NCBI GenBank assembly: GCA_963789135.1
Contig: CAWBJJ010000003.1
Span: forward strand, 162,507 to 226,506
From: an uncultured Acidobacteriota bacterium
GTDB taxonomy: Bacteria > Actinomycetota > Acidimicrobiia > Spongiisociales > ZC4RG35
Direction: 5' to 3'
DNA: 64,000 nucleotides
A model generated the notes under the pieces. The model did no database searches. It was not told the DNA's origin and saw only the letters and a program-made list of their open reading frames with translations. A program made the position numbers and the translations under genes. Below are positions 58,103-64,000 of the stretch, piece by piece; positions within the stretch are counted from its first letter, which is position 1, and each line of letters begins with the position of its first letter.

Positions 58103-58119
58103 ACGTGTTACGTACTACG
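58103..58119 (+). repeat. copy 2 of the ACGTGTTACG(T)ACTACG motif, between secY and adk
   Basis: ACGTGTTACGTACTACG, identical to 56724-56739 apart from one inserted T. Embedded in a TTACG-rich stretch. Confidence 0.7.
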
Positions 58120-58155
58120 TCTTACGACAGCACGACACATGAGGACTCTGTCCTG

Positions 58156-58713
58156 ATGCGGCTGCTCTTTATCGGTCCTCCCGGGGCCGGCAAGGGAACT
58201 CAGGCGACCCGGGTGGCGCAGCAGCTCGAGGTGCCCCATATCTCCACCGGGGAGATGTTCCGGCATCACGCATCGGCGGGCACCGACCTCGGCAGGCAAG
58301 TCGACGCCATCATGAAGTCCGGCGAGTACGTGCCCGACGAGATAACCGTGCAGATGTTGGAACAGCGGCTCGCCGAGGCCGACGCCGCGAGTGGTTTCAT
58401 CCTCGACGGGTTCCCCCGGACCGGCGGGCAGGTCGCGGCCCTCGACGCTCTGATCGGTGAGGACGGCCTGGACGCCGTGGTGGTCTTCCAGGTCGATCTC
58501 GAAGAGTTGACCCAGCGGCTTCTGATCCGGGGTCGTGCCGATGACACCGAGGAGACGATCCGCAACCGGTTCAGGGTGTTCACCGAGCAGACCGCCCCGC
58601 TTTTGGAGACCTATGGGAGCAGGGGGCTTTTGGTGTCCGTGGACGGGATGGGGGACATGGATGAGGTCACCGATCGCGTTCTCTCCGCCCTCGAGGCCAA
58701 GGCTGGGCGATGA
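58156..58713 (+). CDS. adk: adenylate kinase
   Basis: MRLLFIGPPGAGKGTQATRVAQQLEVPHISTGEMFR...ILDGFPRT.... The short lid has no Cys4. Confidence 0.9.
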   Translation: MRLLFIGPPGAGKGTQATRVAQQLEVPHISTGEMFRHHASAGTDLGRQVDAIMKSGEYVPDEITVQMLEQRLAEADAASGFILDGFPRTGGQVAALDALIGEDGLDAVVVFQVDLEELTQRLLIRGRADDTEETIRNRFRVFTEQTAPLLETYGSRGLLVSVDGMGDMDEVTDRVLSALEAKAGR

Positions 58714-59504
58714 TCACCATCAAGAGCCGCCGCGAGTTCTCCAAGATGCAAAAAGCGGGCGCGGCGGTGGCCGCCATCCACCAAGCGGTGAGGGAAGCGG
58801 CAGTGCCTGGTGCCTCGCTGCTCGATCTGGAGGCGATCTCGGCCCGGATCATCGATGAGCGCGGTTGCACTTCTTCCTTTCTCGGGTACCACGGCACGTA
58901 CCCGGCCACCCTCTGCCTATCGCCCAATGACGTCATCGTCCATGGCATCCCCTCGGTGCGCAGGCTCGAGGAAGGTGACATCCTCTCGGTCGACGCCGGC
59001 GCCATCTACGAGGGATTTCACGGCGATGCTGCGTTCACGGTGCCGATCGGCACCGTCGACTCCGCAGCTCTCGAGTTGATCGACGTCACAGAGCGTGCGC
59101 TGTGGGCCGGGATCGCGGCGGTGCACAAGGGTGGCCACGTCGGCGACATTGGTGCCGCCGTCGCCGAGGTGGGCGAGGCGCATGGCTACGGGATCGTGGA
59201 GGAGTACGTGGGGCACGGCATCGGGCGGCAGATGCACGAAGAGCCCCAGGTGCCCAACCATGGTGAGCGAGGGCGTGGGCTCAGGCTGCGCACCGGCATG
59301 GCGCTGTGCATCGAGCCCATGTTCAACGTTGGCTCTCGGCACACGAAGGTCGACCCTGATGGATGGACGGTCCGGACCGAAGATGGCTCCCTTTCGGCCC
59401 ATTTCGAGCACACCGTCTGCCTCACCCCCGATGGCCCGCAGGTGTTCACCCTGGGTGAAGAGCCGGTCGCGGTCGAATTTGAGCAGATCGCGAGCCATGG
59501 GTAG
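58710..59504 (+). CDS. map: type I methionine aminopeptidase
   Basis: MITIKSRREFSKMQKAGAAVA...VHGIP...DILSVDAGA..GFHGD...GHGIGRQMHE...IEPM. ATGA overlap with adk. Confidence 0.9.
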   Translation: MITIKSRREFSKMQKAGAAVAAIHQAVREAAVPGASLLDLEAISARIIDERGCTSSFLGYHGTYPATLCLSPNDVIVHGIPSVRRLEEGDILSVDAGAIYEGFHGDAAFTVPIGTVDSAALELIDVTERALWAGIAAVHKGGHVGDIGAAVAEVGEAHGYGIVEEYVGHGIGRQMHEEPQVPNHGERGRGLRLRTGMALCIEPMFNVGSRHTKVDPDGWTVRTEDGSLSAHFEHTVCLTPDGPQVFTLGEEPVAVEFEQIASHG

Positions 59505-59690
59505 CATTACAAGGTCTTCCCGACCCGTCACAGGCGAGTCCGGAGATGCCCAGGGCACTCCAAACCCCCGTTTCCCCTCAAAGGGTTGGGGCTTGGTCGT
59601 GACCTGGGAAACACGCGTCCACTATCGGTCGGTGACAGCGGTGCCGTTTGGCTCGCCCGCCGGGACGCATACGAAGTTTTGGAGCAGCTG

Positions 59691-59804
59691 ATGAAGGTAC
59701 GCCCTTCCACCAAGAAGATGTGTGAGAAATGTCGGATCATCCGGCGTCGTGGACGCGTCTGGGTGATCTGCCCCAACCCCCGTCACAAGCAACGGCAAGG
59801 ATGA
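59691..59804 (+). CDS. rpmJ: 50S ribosomal protein L36 (Cys3-His form)
   Basis: [41 protein letters not shown] lies 8 nt upstream. Confidence 0.9.
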   Translation: MKVRPSTKKMCEKCRIIRRRGRVWVICPNPRHKQRQG

Positions 59805-59809
59805 TCTGA

Positions 59810-60187
59810 GTGGCACGTATCGCAGGAGTCGACCTTCCTCGGGACAAGAGGCTGGAGATCGGCCTCACCTATATCTACGGGATCGGCCTCACCCGCTCTC
59901 ACCAGATCTGCGCCGAGACCGGGGTGGACCCCGATACCCGGGTCCGGCAGTTGACCGACGACGAGGTGACCCGGATCCGCCGCTACATCGAGGCCAACCT
60001 CCAGGTGGAGGGAGACCTTCGTCGCGAAGTCCAGCAGAACATCAAGCGGAAAATCGAGATCGGGAGTTACCAGGGCATCCGCCACCGTCGCGGCTTGCCG
60101 GTCAGGGGCCAGCGCACCCACACCAACGCCAGGAGCCGCAAGGGCCGGCGGGTGGCGATCGCCGGCAAGAAAAAGGTCACGAAGTAG
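59810..60187 (+). CDS. rpsM: 30S ribosomal protein S13
   Basis: (V)[37 protein letters not shown]. Confidence 0.95.
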   Translation: MARIAGVDLPRDKRLEIGLTYIYGIGLTRSHQICAETGVDPDTRVRQLTDDEVTRIRRYIEANLQVEGDLRREVQQNIKRKIEIGSYQGIRHRRGLPVRGQRTHTNARSRKGRRVAIAGKKKVTK

Positions 60188-60197
60188 GAGTTTGTAG

Positions 60198-60593
60198 GTG
60201 GCGAAGCAGCAAGGAGCGAAGCGAGTCCGTCGCAAGGAGAGAAAGAACATCTCCCACGGACAGGCCCATATCAAGGCCAGCTTCAACAACACGATCATCA
60301 ATATCACCGACCAGACCGGGGCCTCGGTGGCCTGGACGTCGGGCGGCTCCGTCGGGTTCAAGGGCTCGAGGAAGTCGACCCCTTACGCCGCCCAGGTCGC
60401 GGCCGAAGAGGCAGCCCGCCGCGCCGGCGAGCACGGGATCCGCAAGCTCGATGTGATCGTCAGCGGCACCGGGTCGGGTCGGGACACGGCTGTTCGCACC
60501 CTGCAGAACATGGGCATGGAAGTCACCTGGATCCGCGACGTGACCCCGATCCCTCACAATGGTTGTCGTCCCAAGAAGCGGAGGCGCGGCTGA
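60198..60593 (+). CDS. rpsK: 30S ribosomal protein S11
   Basis: ...[47 protein letters not shown]. Confidence 0.95.
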   Translation: MAKQQGAKRVRRKERKNISHGQAHIKASFNNTIINITDQTGASVAWTSGGSVGFKGSRKSTPYAAQVAAEEAARRAGEHGIRKLDVIVSGTGSGRDTAVRTLQNMGMEVTWIRDVTPIPHNGCRPKKRRRG

Positions 60594-61198
60594 TGGCTCG
60601 CTACACCGGCCCCCGTCACAAGGCATGTCGTCGCGCCCGGACGCCGCTCTGCCAGTCGAAGCGGTGCCCGGTCGACCGTCGCCCCTATCCCCCCGGTGAG
60701 CATGGCCGGGGTCGGATTCGGGAGAGCGACTACCTGATCCAGCTCCGTGAGAAGCAGAAGCTCCGCACCATGTACGGGGTCCTCGAGCGCCAGTTCCGCC
60801 TCTATTACAAGGAGGCTGCACGGCGTCCCGGGATCACCGGTGAGAACCTTCTCCAGCTCCTGGAACAGCGCCTCGACAACGTCGTCTGGCGCTCAGGCCT
60901 TGCCGCCACCCGCCCTCAGGCCCGCCAGCTCGTCAATCACGGGCATTTCCGGGTCAACGGGAAGAAGGTGGACATCGCCAGCTACCAGGTCCGGCCCGGC
61001 GACACCGTGTCTGTCAAAGACGCGAGCCGGGAGGCCATCGTCATCCAGCACGCCGTGGACACCCAGGGCCGGGAGGCCCCGGCCTGGCTCGAGGTCGACC
61101 TCGGCGAGCGCAAGATCGCGGTCAAGGATCATCCCCGCAGGGATCAGATCGACACCGCTATCAACGAGCAATTGATCGTCGAGCTCTACTCGAAGTGA
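60593..61198 (+). CDS. rpsD: 30S ribosomal protein S4
   Basis: [41 protein letters not shown]...LEQRLDNVVWRSGLA. Confidence 0.95.
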   Translation: MARYTGPRHKACRRARTPLCQSKRCPVDRRPYPPGEHGRGRIRESDYLIQLREKQKLRTMYGVLERQFRLYYKEAARRPGITGENLLQLLEQRLDNVVWRSGLAATRPQARQLVNHGHFRVNGKKVDIASYQVRPGDTVSVKDASREAIVIQHAVDTQGREAPAWLEVDLGERKIAVKDHPRRDQIDTAINEQLIVELYSK

Positions 61199-61208
61199 GG
61201 TACCACTG

Positions 61209-62153
61209 TTGTTGATCGTCCAGCGTCCCCAAATCGAAGAGGAGTCGCTCTCCGACATCCGGTCCAAGATCGTCGTCGAGCCTTTGGAGCCAGGCTTCGG
61301 GTACACCCTCGGTAACACCCTGCGCCGCACGCTGCTGTCCCGCATCCCGGGCGCCGCGGTCACCTCGATCCGCATCGAAGGCGTGGAGCACGAGTTCTCG
61401 ACCATCCCCGGCGTCGTCGAAGACGTCGTGGACATCATCCTGAACATCAAGCGCATGGTCGTCCGGATGGAAGGGACCGACACCGAGGTCGTCTATCTCA
61501 CGGCCAAGGGAGCCGGCGAGGTCAAGGCCGGCGACGTGAAGCTCCCGGCCGGAGTAGAGGTCGTCAATCCCGATCTCCACATCGCGACCCTCAGTGCCAG
61601 CGGCCGCCTCGAGATGGAGCTGACGGTCTCTCCCGGAGTCGGCTATCGCAGCGCCGATGCCAACAAGGGGTCCGTTTCGACCATCGGAGTGATTCCCGTC
61701 GACTCGATCTTCTCACCGGTGCGCAGGGTGTCCTACCGGGTGGAGAACACCCAGGTCGGGCAGATGACCAACTTCGACCGATTGGTCCTCGACGTCGAGA
61801 CCAACGGCGCTATCGATCCCGGCGAGGCCGTTTCGTCAGCCGGCAAGACCCTTCGTGAGCTCATGGGCCTCTTCGCCGACATGGGCGAGGGACAGGGCCT
61901 GGAGTTGGGCGACGTGCAGACCGAGCACGCCGGGTTCCCGGAGAAGGAGCTTCCCATCGAGGCCCTCGACCTGTCGGAGCGGCCGCGGAACTGTCTCCGT
62001 CGGGCCCAGATCAAGACCGTGGGCGAGCTCATCGAGCGCACTTCCGACGACCTGCTCAACATCACCAACTTCGGCCAGAAGAGCCTCGAAGAGGTGACGG
62101 CCAAGCTCGACGAGCTGGGCCTGAGCCTGGCCGACGCCGGTGGCGGTGGCTGA
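61209..62153 (+). CDS. rpoA: DNA-directed RNA polymerase subunit alpha
   Basis: (L)[58 protein letters not shown]...[23 protein letters not shown]. Confidence 0.95.
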   Translation: MLIVQRPQIEEESLSDIRSKIVVEPLEPGFGYTLGNTLRRTLLSRIPGAAVTSIRIEGVEHEFSTIPGVVEDVVDIILNIKRMVVRMEGTDTEVVYLTAKGAGEVKAGDVKLPAGVEVVNPDLHIATLSASGRLEMELTVSPGVGYRSADANKGSVSTIGVIPVDSIFSPVRRVSYRVENTQVGQMTNFDRLVLDVETNGAIDPGEAVSSAGKTLRELMGLFADMGEGQGLELGDVQTEHAGFPEKELPIEALDLSERPRNCLRRAQIKTVGELIERTSDDLLNITNFGQKSLEEVTAKLDELGLSLADAGGGG

Positions 62154-62503
62154 TGCCACGCCCCAGGAAGGGCCCCCGCCTCGGGGGCTCCCCATCACAC
62201 GAGCGCAAGCTGCTCGCCAACCTGGCGACTGATCTCTTCATCAAAGAGAAGGTCACCACCACCCTGCCCCGGGCGCGGGCGGTGCGCCCCCTGGCGGAGA
62301 AGCTGATCACCAAGGCGCGCACGAACGATCTCCATTCCAAGCGGACGGTGATGAAGACCATCACCAGTCGGGAAGCGGTGAGCAGACTGTTCGACGAGGT
62401 GGCGCCCCGCTATGCCGACCGTCCCGGTGGCTACACCCGGATCACCAAGCTCGGCCCCCGCCGTGGCGACGGTGCCGAAGAGGCGATAATCGAACTCGTC
62501 TGA
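62153..62503 (+). CDS. rplQ: 50S ribosomal protein L17
   Basis: [42 protein letters not shown]...[17 protein letters not shown]. Confidence 0.95.
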   Translation: MPRPRKGPRLGGSPSHERKLLANLATDLFIKEKVTTTLPRARAVRPLAEKLITKARTNDLHSKRTVMKTITSREAVSRLFDEVAPRYADRPGGYTRITKLGPRRGDGAEEAIIELV

Positions 62504-62682
62504 TTGCGGGCCAGGTGACTTGCGCTCTCTTCGGTCGACTGAGCGCGGAAGCCCCGGCCGACCGGCGTCTGTTTGTCCGAGGCCGAAACCAATCGACGAG
62601 AGTGATCTAGGTAGTCCCTGGCTGCGCGACCAGGGTGACTCGACGGAGCCAGATCGGACAAAGTCGGCCGGCGTTCAAGCTG

Positions 62683-63432
62683 TTACGCGAGCATCCCGAA
62701 CAAGACGCCGACGAACACCAGGATTCCACCGACGATCAGGCATTGGATCGAGGTGACCTTCGCTTTCAGCATCCGGGCTGCCAGGACATGGTCCAGCATG
62801 GTCACTCCTCCGAGGACCAGGAGGATGGTGCCTCCGATCAAGAGCACCGTGGAGACCAGGGCGGGGAACAGGATCGCAATCGCCAGCGCGCCGAGCACCA
62901 CTACCGCGCCACCGCGGCTGAACACCCAATTGGGCAGGTGCTGCCCGACAGCCCTCTCCGCAGCCGCCAGCCAGCGATCGATGAAGATCGGTTCCTTGAC
63001 CTTGGGATTGGGAGCCTCTGTGGTACCTGTGGCCTTGGGCGGAGTGCGGGTCTCCACTTTTGGTGTGGCCGCGGCGGGGCGACCGGCGTCCGGTCTGTCC
63101 GTGGAATGCTTCGAGGTGCGGGAGAGATTGGGCATCTTGAACGGGCTGTTCGGCTTGGGAGCCGGTTTCCCGCCGTTGGTCCCAGCTGCCTCGTGGAAGG
63201 CGGCACTCTCGCTGATCTCGAGGATCAACACCTCGCCTTCGGCAGTGACGTGGACACCTTCGGGGCTCTGGGTGATGTCAATCTCACCGAGCGCCCAGTT
63301 GCCTATGACGTGACTTCCGGATTCAACTCGGAGCCGACCGTCGCCGATATCAACGGTTGCCGGCAGCGCGTTGTTGTCCCCGGGAACTCGCAATGTCGCA
63401 CTGAATTGGCCCATGCGTCCCTTTATCGGCAT
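62683..63432 (-). CDS. hypothetical membrane protein (soluble N-domain, basic/Pro linker, C-terminal TM bundle)
   Basis: Intact 249 aa. MPIKGRMGQFSATLRVPGDNNALPATVDIGDGRLRVESGSHVIGNWALGEIDI... then VVVLGALAIAILFPALVSTVLLIGGTILLVLGGV.... Confidence 0.55.
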   Translation of the reverse strand: MPIKGRMGQFSATLRVPGDNNALPATVDIGDGRLRVESGSHVIGNWALGEIDITQSPEGVHVTAEGEVLILEISESAAFHEAAGTNGGKPAPKPNSPFKMPNLSRTSKHSTDRPDAGRPAAATPKVETRTPPKATGTTEAPNPKVKEPIFIDRWLAAAERAVGQHLPNWVFSRGGAVVVLGALAIAILFPALVSTVLLIGGTILLVLGGVTMLDHVLAARMLKAKVTSIQCLIVGGILVFVGVLFGMLA

Positions 63433-63481
63433 GTTTTGGCCCGACTTGCGCAGATTTCCGCGCGTTGTGACTAGCGCGGGA

Positions 63482-63763
63482 TTAGCTCGTGGTGACGGCG
63501 GCGACGCTGAATAGCAAGAAGAAGAGAATGATGCCGATCACGGCGATGCCGAGCAGCACCGTGCCCACGATCCCGAGGATCTTGGCGGCATTCGCGGTGC
63601 CCCGGTTCTCCGGTGGGCGCCGGCCGGCGTCGATGGCCTGCATCTCCTTGCTCCCCATCGACCAGGCGAACGGCCCAAGGACCTGGCATATGACGATGCT
63701 GAGGATTCCCAGGACGAGTGCCGTCGTGGCCTGGCTGGCTTCGGGATAGGGGCGATCGGTCAT
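63482..63763 (-). CDS. DUF4190-like small membrane protein
   Basis: Intact 93 aa. ...TTALVLGILSIVICQVLGPFAWSMGSKEMQAIDAG...AKILGIVGTVLLGIAVIGIILFF. Confidence 0.55.
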   Translation of the reverse strand: MTDRPYPEASQATTALVLGILSIVICQVLGPFAWSMGSKEMQAIDAGRRPPENRGTANAAKILGIVGTVLLGIAVIGIILFFLLFSVAAVTTS

Positions 63764-63825
63764 GAGGCGATTATCGCACGATCACCCAGGCCGTTGCGAT
63801 AGAAAGCGCTTGTAGCCTGACATCG

Positions 63826-64000
63826 ATGACCGAACCGCTCTATCTCGACTTCTCTCGTGAGGAGTGGTCGGCCCTCAGGGCGAACACGCCGCTGACCCTG
63901 ACCGAATCGGACATCGAGAAGATCCGGGGCATCAACGTGCTCCTCGACATCGACATGGTGGAGCACACCTATCTACCGCTTTCCCGCCTCCTTAACCTCC
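63826..64000 (+). CDS. coaA: type I pantothenate kinase, N-terminal fragment (runs off the window)
   Basis: MTEPLYLDFSREEWSALRANTPLTLTESDIEKIRGINVLLDIDMVEHTYLPLSRLLNL, matching the CoaA N-terminus as I recall it. Confidence 0.7.
   Translation, partial: MTEPLYLDFSREEWSALRANTPLTLTESDIEKIRGINVLLDIDMVEHTYLPLSRLLNL

Noticed and set aside
62504-62682. Hairpins after rplQ (GCGCTC-13nt-GAGCGC at 62522-62546 and CCCTGG-8nt-CCAGGG at 62616-62635) as terminators.
   Set aside because: The stems are only 6 bp and have no T-tracts. This is plausible but too weak to list as a feature.

Overview
High-GC, Actinomycetota-type core chromosome. The taxon call is an inference from a WhiB-family regulator, NucS, two F420-type enzyme families and the gene order. 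The left ~34 kb carries housekeeping and metabolic genes on both strands: a class-V aminotransferase with a serA-like dehydrogenase, lgt, a tag-GCS2-LLM operon, a sulfite-oxidase-family Mo enzyme, and an acidic-protein/rhodanese/hypothetical operon. It also holds a FEN-like 5'-3' exonuclease, TetR with a heterodimeric ABC exporter, fba-nhaA-Zn-ribbon-DDN, a BNR propeller with a CysO/MoaD-like GG protein, MFS, nucS, trmL, M20, M50, an acyl-CoA dehydrogenase, WhiB, lysA with a RimK/DUF785/AstE-like module, and VanW. The right ~30 kb is rpoB-rpoC, one inserted membrane SH3/Thr-Pro-rich gene, then rpsL-rpsG-fusA-tuf joined directly to an S10-spc-alpha ribosomal cluster that runs through rplQ and lacks infA. 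The window ends in the start of coaA. I recognised no rRNA, tRNA, CRISPR array, transposase, integrase or known defence system. Two things dominate interpretation. (1) Several dozen reading-frame breaks (my estimate) occur, including in rpoB, rpoC, tuf, rplB and rpsC. Every break I could phase in those five essential genes is one extra base in a short homopolymer, so I treat them as sequencing or assembly indels, not pseudogenes. (2) The 5' ~0.8-0.9 kb of tuf has radically different synonymous-codon usage from its own 3' end and from all neighbouring genes: third positions are C-depleted and G/T-ending. This is the strongest unexplained signal here. The other observations are lower-level: a 16/17-nt motif flanking secY beside an 18-bp perfect palindrome, a repeat-bearing C-terminal extension of S3, a BNR + ubiquitin-like GG-protein pair, and a RimK module. 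I see no clear new multi-gene system. All protein-family calls are from my reading of the translations, not from database searches.
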